A model generated the notes under the pieces. That model was not told the DNA's origin. It did not search any database and worked only from the letters and a program-made list of their open reading frames with translations. Positions 15,903 through 26,305 of a stretch of DNA of 52,525 nucleotides are shown piece after piece. The translations under genes and the position numbers were made by a program. Source of the stretch: Oscillospiraceae bacterium (lineage in GTDB: Bacteria; Bacillota; Clostridia; Oscillospirales; Oscillospiraceae); assembly GCA_021205585.1 (NCBI GenBank), contig JAJPXI010000207.1, forward strand, positions 1 to 52,525. The letters run 5' to 3'. The stretch's first letter is position 1, and every line of letters begins with the position of its first letter.

Positions 15903-16421
15903 ATGGAGATCACGAAGAAAAAATTTGTCAGTCTTGTAGCCGAACGCCTTCGGGAGAAGGGGGCGCGGAAGCCGGTGTCGATTCCGAAACATACGTTCCG
16001 GATTTCGGACGAGGACGGCAACACAAGCGACTTTACTATAAAGGAAAGGAATAAGACGGCCGTCTATACGGTGGACGACGTGGCGACTATTTTTGAAAGC
16101 TGTCTGGAGATTCTTCTGGACTGCGTCCGCTCCGGTGTGGTGGTCAACTTTATCGGGTTCGGCTCTTTCCGAGCTAAGAAGCATAGGGGTCATCTTGTGC
16201 GGGACGTAAACGCCCACGGCGAGGATCTTGTTATTGAGGACTACTATGTGCCGAAGTTTACCGCCGGGAAGCACCTTCGGCTGGCCGCCAAGATGTATGG
16301 CCTATATTTGAAGGAGCATCCAGAGCTGGAAGAGGGCGAAGATGACGAGCCGGAGGAAGAGAACGTTGAGTACACGGTGAAGGAGACCGAGGACGGTGAT
16401 CAGTATTGTCTTTGGAAATAG
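15903..16421 (+). CDS. HU/IHF-like DNA-binding protein with an acidic C-terminal tail
   Basis: FIGFGSFRAKKHRGHLVRD...YYVPKFTAGKHLR matches the HU beta-arm region. Confidence 0.75.
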   Translation: MEITKKKFVSLVAERLREKGARKPVSIPKHTFRISDEDGNTSDFTIKERNKTAVYTVDDVATIFESCLEILLDCVRSGVVVNFIGFGSFRAKKHRGHLVRDVNAHGEDLVIEDYYVPKFTAGKHLRLAAKMYGLYLKEHPELEEGEDDEPEEENVEYTVKETEDGDQYCLWK

Positions 16422-17413
16422 GTGGCCGTACTGTTCTCTGCTACCGGTGCGGAGCAGAGTACTCTAAATATAAAGGATTATTCCCGGTGAGTTACGCCAA
16501 TCTGCACAAGGGCGTTGGTTATCTTCCATGGTGCAAGAAATGCGTGGAGGATTTGTACAATACCTATCTGGCGCAGAGCAACGACGCGAAGGCGGCGGCG
16601 CGACAGGTGTGCCGGAAGCTGGACCTGTTCTGGAGCGATGCGGTATATGACCGGCTGGAGAAGACTGCTTCCCCGGCCAGCATTATGACTCAGTACATGA
16701 GCAGGCTGTGTTCCACATCTCTGGCAGGAAAGAGCTATGACGATACGCTCGCCGCAGAAGGGACACTATGGTCTTTCACAGTGCCGGATGTGCCGCTGGA
16801 GGAATCGGAGCCGGAGACAGAGGTGGAGGAAGAGCCGGAGATTGAAGTACCGGAGGAGATCCGCCAGTTCTGGGGGCCGGGGTACGACTCGGCTATGTAT
16901 CTGGAGATGGAGGAGCGGCGGCAGTATTGGCTCTCCCGGATGTCCGGGACGGGCGAGTTGGACATTGGCACTGAGGCGCTGATTCGCCAAATCTGTCCGC
17001 TGGAGATCGACATCAACCGGGAACGGGCGGCTGGGCATCTATCCGAGGCCGGGAAGCTGGCGGGCAATCTGAACAACCTGCTCGGCAGTATGAATCTAAA
17101 ACCGGTTCAGCAGAAGGACGATGTGGACGCCGACCTGGAGAAGACGCCGCTGGGCGTTGGCATTGCTAAGTGGGAATACTACAGGCCGCTGCCTCAGACG
17201 CCGGACAACATGAAAGACCAGAGTGGCCTTGTGAAAACAGTGTTGACATTTTTTACCGGACACCTGTGCAAGATGGCCGGTGTGAAGGGATTCCACAGTC
17301 GGATGTATGACGAAGCTATGGAGCGGCTGCGGGTCAAGCGGCCAGACATCGACGAGGAGGACGACCGGGAATTCCAGGCCAAGTTCTTCGATTCTGGAGA
17401 CGACCCAAAATGA
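16406..17413 (+). CDS. Putative terminase small subunit / zinc-ribbon DNA-binding protein
   Basis: It sits immediately upstream of terL and is translationally coupled to it (ATGA). It has an N-terminal CYRCG...CKKC and an acidic linker. The function is assigned by position only. Confidence 0.45.
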   Translation: MSLEIGGRTVLCYRCGAEYSKYKGLFPVSYANLHKGVGYLPWCKKCVEDLYNTYLAQSNDAKAAARQVCRKLDLFWSDAVYDRLEKTASPASIMTQYMSRLCSTSLAGKSYDDTLAAEGTLWSFTVPDVPLEESEPETEVEEEPEIEVPEEIRQFWGPGYDSAMYLEMEERRQYWLSRMSGTGELDIGTEALIRQICPLEIDINRERAAGHLSEAGKLAGNLNNLLGSMNLKPVQQKDDVDADLEKTPLGVGIAKWEYYRPLPQTPDNMKDQSGLVKTVLTFFTGHLCKMAGVKGFHSRMYDEAMERLRVKRPDIDEEDDREFQAKFFDSGDDPK

Positions 17414-19248
17414 GCGCCAAGAAGAAGACGGCCGAGAGCAACTCTCCTGCTGAGAAGACGCGCCGGGAGCGGGTCATTGAAGGCATGGCGATTTGGGCGA
17501 GCTATTACCGAGAGAACATCGACGCATTTCTGGACGACTATCTCGGACTGACTTTCCTAAAGCCATTTCAAAAAGCTCTGCTCGCCATGATGAACCGGGA
17601 GAGTGAATTTGTCTGGATCGCCGCCCGTGGTATGGGCAAGACCTTTCTAATTGCGATATTTGTCTGCGTGCGGGCTATCCTCTACCCGGGTTCGCTGATT
17701 GTTATTACAGCTGGCAACCGGGGGCAGAGCATCAACGTGCTGGAAAAAGTGCAGACGATTCTGATTCCAAAGTCTCCGGCTTTAAAGAATGAGATCGACC
17801 TGAACGCCACAAAGTTCGGCGGACAGGACGCAAAGATTATGTTTAAGAATACCAGCGTAATCAAGGTGGTCACGGCCAACGACGGCGCACGCTCCAACCG
17901 TGCGAACATCCTGATCGTGGATGAGTTTCGCCAGGTCAAGAAGGACACGGTTGACACCGTTCTGAAGAAGTTCCTGACCTCCAGGCGGATGCCGCAATAT
18001 ATAGAGCTGACAGAGGAAGAGCGGGCTGCTGAGTACGCTAAAGAGCGCAACAAGCAGTTCTTCCTGAGTTCGGCATACTTCAAGGATTCCTGGGCTTATC
18101 GGAAAACCATTGATACAGCCAACGCCATGATCGCCGACCCGGACAACGTGTTCTGTGTGGGTCTCCCCTACCAGCTCTCCATCCAAGAGGGGCTGTTGTT
18201 TGAGGAAGATTTGCAGGGCGATATGCGCGAGTCTGATTTCAGTGAGATCAAATGGAGCATGGAGATGGGCGCTGAGTTCTTCGGTGTTGGGGACGGGTCG
18301 TTCTTCGACTTTGACTCCATATCCAAGAACCGCCACATCAAGTACCCCATGCTGCCGGACAAATACGCTGCGCTGGTCGGTTATGACAAGCGGGTGAAAA
18401 TTCCGGCGAAGCAGCCAGGCGAAGTGCGGATTCTGTCTGCCGACATCGCACTGATGCGGAGCGGGAAGAACAAGAATGATGCCACAGCAATCTTTATCAA
18501 TCAGATGCTGCCTACCAAGGCCAAGCGGTATTCCAACAACATTGTATATACCGAGGTCTGCGAGGGTCTGCGGACTGACGACCAGGCGCTGGTGATTCGC
18601 AAGCTGTTCGATGAGTTTAATTGCGACTATCTGGTGATCGACGCTCAGGGCGTTGGGCTTGGCTGCTATGACGCGCTGGCCCGGGACATGACAGACCTGG
18701 AGACGGGCGAGGTCTACCCTGCCTTGTCGTGCTGCAACAACCAGGAGATGGCGGCCAGGTGTTCTGTGCCTGGTGCGCCGAAGGTAATCTGGTCGATTAA
18801 GGCCAGCGCCCAGTTCAACTCGGACTGTGCGTATATGTTGCGGGAGGCGTTCCGCAACGGGCGGATTCGTCTGCTGTGCAACGAGTTCGATGCGCACAGC
18901 GAATTGTTACCGGAGATTAAGGCTTACACCTCTCTAAGTGAAGAGAACAAAGTGAAGGTGGAGCTTCCTTATATAAACACAACACTTCTCGTCAACGAGC
19001 TGATTCAGCTCCAGCACGAGGAGGTCGGCAACCGGGTCAAGGTGTTTGAGAAGGTCGGGATGCGCAAGGACCGGTACTCCAGCCTTGCCTACAACTATTA
19101 CGTTGCGACTCAGGTTGCGAACAAACTCGGTCGGAGACAGCGGGGCAGCTCTTCCGACGCGAGCTTTTTTATTATCAAGCCGCCGAGCTATTCAGAGGGA
19201 AGGAAGGTGAGTGCGGGTGGCAGAAGAAACGAACCGGGCTGGTACTGA
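17410..19248 (+). CDS. terL: Terminase large subunit
   Basis: Walker A AARGMGKTF, Walker B ILIVDEF and a C-terminal nuclease-sized domain. 612 aa, and its position fits. Confidence 0.9.
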   Translation: MSAKKKTAESNSPAEKTRRERVIEGMAIWASYYRENIDAFLDDYLGLTFLKPFQKALLAMMNRESEFVWIAARGMGKTFLIAIFVCVRAILYPGSLIVITAGNRGQSINVLEKVQTILIPKSPALKNEIDLNATKFGGQDAKIMFKNTSVIKVVTANDGARSNRANILIVDEFRQVKKDTVDTVLKKFLTSRRMPQYIELTEEERAAEYAKERNKQFFLSSAYFKDSWAYRKTIDTANAMIADPDNVFCVGLPYQLSIQEGLLFEEDLQGDMRESDFSEIKWSMEMGAEFFGVGDGSFFDFDSISKNRHIKYPMLPDKYAALVGYDKRVKIPAKQPGEVRILSADIALMRSGKNKNDATAIFINQMLPTKAKRYSNNIVYTEVCEGLRTDDQALVIRKLFDEFNCDYLVIDAQGVGLGCYDALARDMTDLETGEVYPALSCCNNQEMAARCSVPGAPKVIWSIKASAQFNSDCAYMLREAFRNGRIRLLCNEFDAHSELLPEIKAYTSLSEENKVKVELPYINTTLLVNELIQLQHEEVGNRVKVFEKVGMRKDRYSSLAYNYYVATQVANKLGRRQRGSSSDASFFIIKPPSYSEGRKVSAGGRRNEPGWY

Positions 19249-20734
19249 TATAGAGAAGGAATTCGCCGGAATGGTCGGAGACTCTATGAAGTTCTCTGAG
19301 ATGAGCAAGATGCGTATGCGCGACCTCAACTCCGGCAGTCGAACGCCGTTCTTTGCGATGTACAGCAAGGACGACATCCAGCGGTTTTTATCCAACCCAT
19401 ATCGGTATGAGAAGCAGCTCCGCCGGGCTGTTATTTATATGTACGGAGCCAGCAGCCATTTCTGGCGGCTGATTCAGTATTTCGTCGGGTTGACGGACTT
19501 TGCCTATGTGGTCGAGCCGTATAAGATCGACCCGAAGAAAACCAACGCCAGAATCTTAGGCAACAACTACCGGAAGGTGCTGAACCTACTGGCCGGGATG
19601 AATATCAAGAACCAGTTCAAGAAAATCCTGACGGTATGTCTGCGGGAGGATGTGTTCTACGGGACGATGCACATCTCTGGAGACAACATCACCATTCAGC
19701 AGCTGCCAAGCGACTACTGCGCCATCTCTTCGGTTGAGGACGGCGTACCCAATGTCACATTTGATTTTACATATTTCGATAAACACAAAGACCGCTTGGA
19801 CTACTATCCAGAAGAGTTCCGGTTGAAGTACGAGAACGTCTACAAGAAGCAGCTGCGGACCAGATGGGTTGAGCTGGACTCCCCCACCTCCTTTGCCGTA
19901 AAGTGCAACAGTGATATTCTCCACTATGCCATGCCGCCCTTTGCCGGTCTACTGCGTGAGCTGTACGACCTGGAAGAGTATAAGCGGCTGAAGATGCGTA
20001 AGACCGGGCTGGAGAATTACGCTATGCTCGCCATGATGATTCCGCTGGACAGCAACGGTGATTGGGGAATTGACATGGACAAAGCGCGTGACTTCTGGAA
20101 GAACTTAGACGCGGTTCTGCCGGAAGAGGTCGGCTCCGTGCTGACCCCAATGGAGATTAACAAGATCAGCTTCGAGAAGTCCAACACCGCCGACACCGAT
20201 ACGATTTCGGACGCGGAGCAGCATTTGTTCACGGCCGCCGGTGTGTCTTCTCTCCTGTTTAATAATGAGAGCGCTTCAGCCAATGCGCTGCTGCTCTCGA
20301 TTAAGAACGACCAGTCCATTACCTACGGAATTGTCAAGAGCATTGGCGATGTGATCAACCGCTATCTGTGGTCGCAGAGCTACGGGAAGAACTTCAAGGT
20401 CAATATGCTGAATGTCAGCGCTTATAACAGCAAAGAGGTTGGCGACTCGGCGCTGAAGGCGGCCACCTACGGGCTGCCGATGATTTCGATTTACGCCGCC
20501 TCTCAGGGACTTGGGCAGGCCGAGCTGGACTCTATGAGCTTCCTGGAGACCACGGTACTTGGCCTGCAAGATGTGTTCCGTCCGCTGCAAAGTTCGGCCC
20601 AGATGAGTTCCAGCGATACCGCCGCTGCGCAGGACAGTCCGACAGACGGCGAGCCCGGCGCTCCAAAGAAGGACGTCGGTGAGCTGACCGACAGCGGCGA
20701 GCAAAGCTCAGAAGACTCGGATGATTGGGGGTAG
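19211..20734 (+). CDS. Portal protein
   Basis: About 500 aa, directly after terL, with an acidic C-terminus. The start is GTG 19211 or 19217. Confidence 0.75.
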   Translation: MRVAEETNRAGTDIEKEFAGMVGDSMKFSEMSKMRMRDLNSGSRTPFFAMYSKDDIQRFLSNPYRYEKQLRRAVIYMYGASSHFWRLIQYFVGLTDFAYVVEPYKIDPKKTNARILGNNYRKVLNLLAGMNIKNQFKKILTVCLREDVFYGTMHISGDNITIQQLPSDYCAISSVEDGVPNVTFDFTYFDKHKDRLDYYPEEFRLKYENVYKKQLRTRWVELDSPTSFAVKCNSDILHYAMPPFAGLLRELYDLEEYKRLKMRKTGLENYAMLAMMIPLDSNGDWGIDMDKARDFWKNLDAVLPEEVGSVLTPMEINKISFEKSNTADTDTISDAEQHLFTAAGVSSLLFNNESASANALLLSIKNDQSITYGIVKSIGDVINRYLWSQSYGKNFKVNMLNVSAYNSKEVGDSALKAATYGLPMISIYAASQGLGQAELDSMSFLETTVLGLQDVFRPLQSSAQMSSSDTAAAQDSPTDGEPGAPKKDVGELTDSGEQSSEDSDDWG

Positions 20735-20745
20735 TCATATTAAAT

Positions 20746-20922
20746 ATGAAGAAATTTATTTATGTTTTCGACCGGGCCGACCGTGACGCTCTGCTTGACG
20801 CGGGGTACCGCATGATGCGGGCGGATGAAAAAGGTCAGGTATATATCTTCCAGAATACCGAGTCTTTGAATTTTGATTTGAGTGCTGTGGACATGGTCTG
20901 GTCTGATGTTTTGAGCTTTTGA
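20746..20922 (+). CDS. Small hypothetical protein (58 aa)
   Basis: In-frame ATG 20746 (MKKFIYVFDRADRDALLDAGY...). The track ORF starts at TTG 20725. Confidence 0.5.
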   Translation: MKKFIYVFDRADRDALLDAGYRMMRADEKGQVYIFQNTESLNFDLSAVDMVWSDVLSF

Positions 20923-20960
20923 CCTACTAATATAGTGGGTTTATCGAAGGAGGGATGCGA

Positions 20961-22445
20961 ATGGGCAAGGTGTTCAGCCTGGCCTTTGACTCCTCTCTGG
21001 ACAAGCTGTGCGAGGTGAACCACTCCTTTGACAAGGGTGTCTTGCGCATTTGCTACACAGGGCGAAACCGCAACGGTTCGTCTATCTCCAGAGGGGCTAT
21101 GGAGCAGAGCCTGCAAACAATTTATAACTGCCCGGTGGTGTGCCATTACTACCGGGACGAGGACCGGCTTGGCGGTCATGATGTGGAGGTCGTCAGGCGG
21201 GACGGCGAAGAGCCGTATCTCGCAAATGTCACAGAACCAATCGGCGTTGTGCCGGAGAGCGCCAATGTCTGGTTTGAGAATCTTGAGGACTCTGACGGCG
21301 TGACGCGGGAGTATCTGTTGGCCGAAGTTCTGCTGTGGAAACGGCAGGAGGCGTACAGCAAAATCAAGAGCGACGGCATTAGCGCCCAGTCTATGGAAAT
21401 CACTGTGCGCGACAGCGTTGACTCCGATGGGGTTCTCCGCATTAACGCTTTTGAATTCAATGCGTTTTGTCTGCTTGGGGACTGCCAGCCCTGTTATGAG
21501 GGCGCGGCCCTTGAGACATTCTCGCTCGACACATTTGACGAGCAGATGGAGCAGATGATGCGGGACTACAAGGAAGCGTTTTCGTTGGTCATTACGTCGA
21601 AAGGCGATGACGATACACACCCAAATTTTGAAACGGAAGGAGGAGAAGGAGAATTGGAAGACGAGAAAGTTTTATCTGACGAGGCCGTGGTGTCTGAGAC
21701 CGGAGAGGACGAAGCCACTCCTGTTGATGCCGAGACTGAGCCTGTGGCTGACGACGGCGGATCGGAGGAATTTGCTCTGACCGAGTCTTTGATTGATGAG
21801 ATTTTCCGGGTGCTTGAGGCCGAGACAATTCAGACTGAGTACGGCGATCGGCCTCATTATTATTATGCCGACTGCGACTTTGATGCCGGTATGGTATACG
21901 CCTGGGATATTTGCGATTGGCTACTCTACGGATTCCCGTACACCCAGAACGGCGACCAGATCACGATCGACTTTGCCGGGAAGAAGCGGATGAAATATAC
22001 GATTGTCGAGTTCGACGGCGCGGAGCAGCCCTCTCCTTTTGGGGAGACATACTCGATTATGAATCAGCAGATTCACGACGCCGCTGATATTCAGGAGAAA
22101 TATAATTCCGCCGTCGCTTCTATGGAAGAGATGACTGGGGAGCTGGAGGGCTTGCGGCAGTTTAAAAAGAACGCCGAAGATGCCGCCGCTGAAGCACAGC
22201 GGCAGAATCTGTTCGCCCGGTTCACCGATCTGGACGGCGTTGAGGCTTTTGAAACTCTGAGGGAGACTGGGGCTGAATATGACCTGGATACTCTGGAAGA
22301 GAAGTGCTTCGCCATTCGCGGCAGAAATGTCGATGGTTTGAGATTCTCTTACAAGGATGGCGGCTCTAAGCTGCCTGTGGAACACGACCAGGAGGTATTC
22401 GAGCCTTATGGCGGTCTGTTCCAGAAATATTCTATCAATGATTAA
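20961..22445 (+). CDS. Putative scaffolding protein or prohead protease-scaffold fusion
   Basis: ATG 20961 lies 8 nt after GAAGGAGGG. It has an acidic middle and a coiled-coil C-terminus, and sits between the portal and capsid genes. Confidence 0.55.
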   Translation: MGKVFSLAFDSSLDKLCEVNHSFDKGVLRICYTGRNRNGSSISRGAMEQSLQTIYNCPVVCHYYRDEDRLGGHDVEVVRRDGEEPYLANVTEPIGVVPESANVWFENLEDSDGVTREYLLAEVLLWKRQEAYSKIKSDGISAQSMEITVRDSVDSDGVLRINAFEFNAFCLLGDCQPCYEGAALETFSLDTFDEQMEQMMRDYKEAFSLVITSKGDDDTHPNFETEGGEGELEDEKVLSDEAVVSETGEDEATPVDAETEPVADDGGSEEFALTESLIDEIFRVLEAETIQTEYGDRPHYYYADCDFDAGMVYAWDICDWLLYGFPYTQNGDQITIDFAGKKRMKYTIVEFDGAEQPSPFGETYSIMNQQIHDAADIQEKYNSAVASMEEMTGELEGLRQFKKNAEDAAAEAQRQNLFARFTDLDGVEAFETLRETGAEYDLDTLEEKCFAIRGRNVDGLRFSYKDGGSKLPVEHDQEVFEPYGGLFQKYSIND

Positions 22446-22468
22446 AAATTTGAAGGAGGTTAATACAT

Positions 22469-22969
22469 ATGGCAGATATTCATGGTGTCGTCCGTACTGA
22501 TCTGATGTACGGCACCGACGTTCGCTCCGGCCTGGCTTCCGTGAAGTACATGGGCGAGGACGGGACGACTGAGACTGAGATTGACAACGGCTGTGTTCTG
22601 AAACTGGGCGCTCTGCTGGACGCCGAGAACGACCGTGAGATCTTTATTGGCGAGGTCCCCACTGGCTCCGAGGAGCTGGACGAGGTTGTTCTGATCGCCA
22701 CTCCCGAACTGATGTACGATGAGCGTAAGCACAACCTGTATGAGTTCTACAACGAGGCTGGCCGCGTTTGCCGTGGCTACAAATTCCACCCCGGCGACAT
22801 CTTTAGTGTGACCGCTGAGGCGCTGGAGGGTTCCCCCGCTGTGGATTCCACTGTGGCACTGGCTGCTGGCGTTAAGCTGGAGGTGGATGGTGCCGGTACT
22901 ACTGTCGGTACTATTATCGCCGAAGAGACTGACGACATCTATACCTATTATGTCGTCAAAGTTGGTTAA
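22469..22969 (+). CDS. Putative head decoration or auxiliary capsid protein
   Basis: Strong SD; 166 aa, immediately upstream of the major capsid gene. Confidence 0.5.
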   Translation: MADIHGVVRTDLMYGTDVRSGLASVKYMGEDGTTETEIDNGCVLKLGALLDAENDREIFIGEVPTGSEELDEVVLIATPELMYDERKHNLYEFYNEAGRVCRGYKFHPGDIFSVTAEALEGSPAVDSTVALAAGVKLEVDGAGTTVGTIIAEETDDIYTYYVVKVG

Positions 22970-22988
22970 TGAAGGGAGGAATTTATAA

Positions 22989-24005
22989 ATGTCTGAAATG
23001 AATGATATTGTCAAGCTGGCAATTGACTCTCATCGCGGCAGCGTGCAGAAGTATTCTGTGGCTGATTCCCAGAATGTGCTGCGCGAGGCTCTGATTGAGG
23101 CCAACAACGGCAAGACCGCTCTGGATTATAAGGACATCCGGGACGGTAAATGCGTCGGTCTGTTCAGCCTGATTGAGGAGATCCTGTCCACTACTGTTTA
23201 CGACGGACTGACGGGAACTGAATTCTGGAACGAATTGGTAGACAGCCGCAACCTGGCTCTGGGCGACCAGAACGTGTTCCTGGTTGAGAACCGCAATATG
23301 TTTGCTGTGAGTGAGGCTGCTGAGGGCACTCAGGGTATCCGCCGTCAGCGGCTGAGCGGTGTGACTGAGGTCGCTATTCCCACCACCTGGAAAGTGATTC
23401 GTATCTACGAGGAGATGAACCGGGTGCTGGCTGGCCGCGTAGACTTCAACGCCATGATCAACAAGGCTTCCGAGTCCTTTACCCAGCGTCTGCTCTACGA
23501 TATTTTCGCTCTGTGGAGCAATGTGGCTGCCGCCGATCTGGGAGGAGAGGTCTACTTCCCCACCGCTGGTGCTTATGACGAGGATGCTCTGCTCGACCTG
23601 ATCGCTCATGTCGAGGCTGCCGCTGGCGGGAAAACCGCTACCATCATCGGGACCAAGCGTGCGCTGAAGTACCTGAAGGAGAGCGTGGACGCCGAGAGCG
23701 CCAAGGATGAGATTCACAGCATGGGTTACTACGGCAAGTTCTATGGTACTCCCATTATGTGCATCCCCCAGCGCCACAAGTACAACACCACCGAGTTCCT
23801 GCTGCCGGACGACGTGATCACCGTCATCGCCTCCGACGAGAAGCCTCTGAAGGTTGTGTATGAGGGCGACTCCCTGATGCTCCAGAAAGATCCTCTGACC
23901 AACGCTGACTTCACCTATGAGGCCATGCTGGGTCAGCGCTGGGGTATGGGTCTGGTTACTTCCGGCTACAACAGCGGTATCGGCCGGTACGAGATTACCG
24001 CTTGA
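22989..24005 (+). CDS. Major capsid protein (HK97-fold type)
   Basis: Strong SD; 338 aa, with fitting position and composition. It is followed by a strong hairpin. Confidence 0.8.
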   Translation: MSEMNDIVKLAIDSHRGSVQKYSVADSQNVLREALIEANNGKTALDYKDIRDGKCVGLFSLIEEILSTTVYDGLTGTEFWNELVDSRNLALGDQNVFLVENRNMFAVSEAAEGTQGIRRQRLSGVTEVAIPTTWKVIRIYEEMNRVLAGRVDFNAMINKASESFTQRLLYDIFALWSNVAAADLGGEVYFPTAGAYDEDALLDLIAHVEAAAGGKTATIIGTKRALKYLKESVDAESAKDEIHSMGYYGKFYGTPIMCIPQRHKYNTTEFLLPDDVITVIASDEKPLKVVYEGDSLMLQKDPLTNADFTYEAMLGQRWGMGLVTSGYNSGIGRYEITA

Positions 24006-24013
24006 TTTTAATC

Positions 24014-24041
24014 ATCCGGCGGGCGTAACTGCCCGCCGGAT
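24014..24041 (+). terminator. Stem-loop after the capsid gene (attenuating terminator)
   Basis: An 11-bp stem atccggcgggc / gcccgccggat with a 6-nt loop. There is no clear T-tract. Confidence 0.5.
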
Positions 24042-24062
24042 CGAACGAAAGGAGATTTTTAT

Positions 24063-24656
24063 ATGGCGGATACTATTTCCGAGGAGCAGGCTGAAACTAT
24101 ACCTGACTCCGAAGCTGAAGCTGTGAAGACAGCTCGGCCAAAGACCAGGAAGAAGCCTGCTGCCGCCGAGCAGGAGTCTGCTCCTGTAGATACACCGAAG
24201 CCGATTCGCGTGCGGGACATCGACCCGGACCAGTATGTGACTGTGCGCAACGGGTTTCAAGGTCGGCTGATTTACAGAAGCCCCCGCACCGGGGAGATGT
24301 TCGACTGGGAGAAGTTCGGCGATGAGCAGGAGATGTCCCTCCAGGAGCTGTCGAAGGTGAAGAATTCCTACAAGAAATTTTTCATCAACAACTGGTTTAT
24401 GTTCGACGAGGACTGGATTGTGGACTACCTCGGCGTGAAGAATTATTACAAGAACGCAGTTCCCATCGACCGGTTTGACGAGCTGTTCACCAAGAGTGCA
24501 GATGAGCTGGCTGATATTCTGAGCAAGCTGTCTGAGGGGCAGAAGCGCTCAATCGCGTATCGTGCGAGACAGCTGATTGCCGAAAACGGGATCGACTCCC
24601 GCAATGTGATTCTGACACTGGAAGAGCAGCTCGGCGTGGATCTGATTGAGAAGTGA
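24063..24656 (+). CDS. Hypothetical head-module protein with a Lys/Pro/Ala-rich N-terminus
   Basis: AAGGAG SD, co-oriented with its neighbours. Confidence 0.6.
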   Translation: MADTISEEQAETIPDSEAEAVKTARPKTRKKPAAAEQESAPVDTPKPIRVRDIDPDQYVTVRNGFQGRLIYRSPRTGEMFDWEKFGDEQEMSLQELSKVKNSYKKFFINNWFMFDEDWIVDYLGVKNYYKNAVPIDRFDELFTKSADELADILSKLSEGQKRSIAYRARQLIAENGIDSRNVILTLEEQLGVDLIEK

Positions 24657-24660
24657 TCCG

Positions 24661-25110
24661 ATGGCGGTTCTTTCTTTTGATGATGTCATTGCGGCGTTCC
24701 TGAACAAGATTACAGAGTTCGACTTTATGCACCTGCCGGAGGAGAACCGGGAGGCTGTGGTTGACGGCTATCTCAAGCGGGCGGCCAGTGCATTTCGGAA
24801 AAACTGCAAGTATGACTTGACAGACTACGACGACGCGCTGAGAGAATTTCTTCCAGACATCAGACAGAATGATGTTGATGAGCTTGTGGAGATTCTTTCT
24901 GAGGGTATGCTTGTGCAGTGGATGAAGCAGTGCCTATATAAGCAGGAGCTTTTGGAGCTGACGCTGAACACGGCGGACTTCTCATCCTACTCCCCCGCTG
25001 AGATGCTTCGGCGGGTCGGCGACGCTTATGAGCGGGTCCAGAAGGACTATACCCAGATGATCCGGGAGTACAGCTATAATCACGGGAATTTGAGGGATTT
25101 GCATCTATGA
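24661..25110 (+). CDS. Putative head-tail connector/adaptor
   Basis: ATG 24661 (MAVLSFDDV...). The function is assigned by position. Confidence 0.5.
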   Translation: MAVLSFDDVIAAFLNKITEFDFMHLPEENREAVVDGYLKRAASAFRKNCKYDLTDYDDALREFLPDIRQNDVDELVEILSEGMLVQWMKQCLYKQELLELTLNTADFSSYSPAEMLRRVGDAYERVQKDYTQMIREYSYNHGNLRDLHL

Positions 25111-25490
25111 GCAAGAACGTCTGGACGCAGATGCCGGTACCCGATGCTGTCTTCCAGAACTACATGAATACATTGGTCAACGCCTTTTTCAAAATCATCC
25201 CGATCCGGGAGGAGCTAGACCAACAGGGCCGGACGACCGATGGCGGTGCAGAGCGGGAGGAAGACAGTTCGCTGGGTGTGTATATGCGATCCCTTCAAGC
25301 CGAGCTGCTGGGCTGTCGGGGGTTGGTCGCTGTTCTGAAGAACGACTCCAGGCTGATGTCGCTCGTCTCAATTTTGCAATACCTAATTGACAACCAGGAC
25401 TGCTCTTTTAGGACGCTCCGGCGCGAGGTGTTCAAGGCGATCAGAATATGCAATGCGCTTCAGGCGCAGTACGGGGAGGTGACACAGTGA
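25107..25490 (+). CDS. Hypothetical structural-module protein
   Basis: ATGA coupling with the previous gene. Confidence 0.55.
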   Translation: MSKNVWTQMPVPDAVFQNYMNTLVNAFFKIIPIREELDQQGRTTDGGAEREEDSSLGVYMRSLQAELLGCRGLVAVLKNDSRLMSLVSILQYLIDNQDCSFRTLRREVFKAIRICNALQAQYGEVTQ

Positions 25491-26305
25491 GCGTTTGGTC
25501 TGACTACGATACGAGGATGGAATCGAAGGGCGGATCGCGGCTGAGAACGTCGCTGCTGCGGGAGGAGAGATTTATTGACAGGAAGCTGCCGAACTCTCTG
25601 TCCTACTTCCCTGTCGAGGTCTATCCGCCGGAATACACATACAACGTGACCGGCGATGAGGCGCAGGAAAATAAGGTGCGGCAGAGTGTTGCGATTATCA
25701 GCACGACCACTACGGACACGCGGACAATTATCACGATGCCACATGACGATATTCAGCTCGGTGCTCTGGTGTACTGGATGGACAACTACTGGCTGGTGAG
25801 CGATCGGGATGCGAATACGGCTGTGTACACCAAGGCCACGCTGACCCAGTGCAACCACCTTTTGAAGTGGATCACCGCCGAGCATGAGATCATCGAACAG
25901 TGGTGCATGGTCAGCGACGGCACGAAGTATCTGATCGGCACTTATGAGGACAAGGACTTCTTCACGACCAGAGCTGATGCCCGTATGGGTATGACCATTG
26001 GGAAGAACGCTCAGACGGTTCTGTTTGACAGAACGTACCGGTTTTTGATCGACGACTCTGACGCGCCGGTAAAGATGGCCTACTCCCTGACAAAGCCGCT
26101 GAAGATCGGCGATGTCTACAACGGGTGTGGTGTGTACGGTTTCACTCTGCACGAGGTCAGCGCGACGGACGACGACAACCACGAGCTTGGTATCGCGGAC
26201 TATTACCGCCACTTTCCAAAAGATGATTTGTCAAATTCAGATTTGATTGACGAGGACTCGACCGCTGAGGATGTACCGCCGCCTGGGAAGAAGGTGTGGC
26301 TGTAA
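25487..26305 (+). CDS. Hypothetical structural-module protein
   Basis: GTG 25487 follows GGGGAGGTG and makes a GTGA overlap with the previous stop. Confidence 0.55.
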   Translation: MSVWSDYDTRMESKGGSRLRTSLLREERFIDRKLPNSLSYFPVEVYPPEYTYNVTGDEAQENKVRQSVAIISTTTTDTRTIITMPHDDIQLGALVYWMDNYWLVSDRDANTAVYTKATLTQCNHLLKWITAEHEIIEQWCMVSDGTKYLIGTYEDKDFFTTRADARMGMTIGKNAQTVLFDRTYRFLIDDSDAPVKMAYSLTKPLKIGDVYNGCGVYGFTLHEVSATDDDNHELGIADYYRHFPKDDLSNSDLIDEDSTAEDVPPPGKKVWL

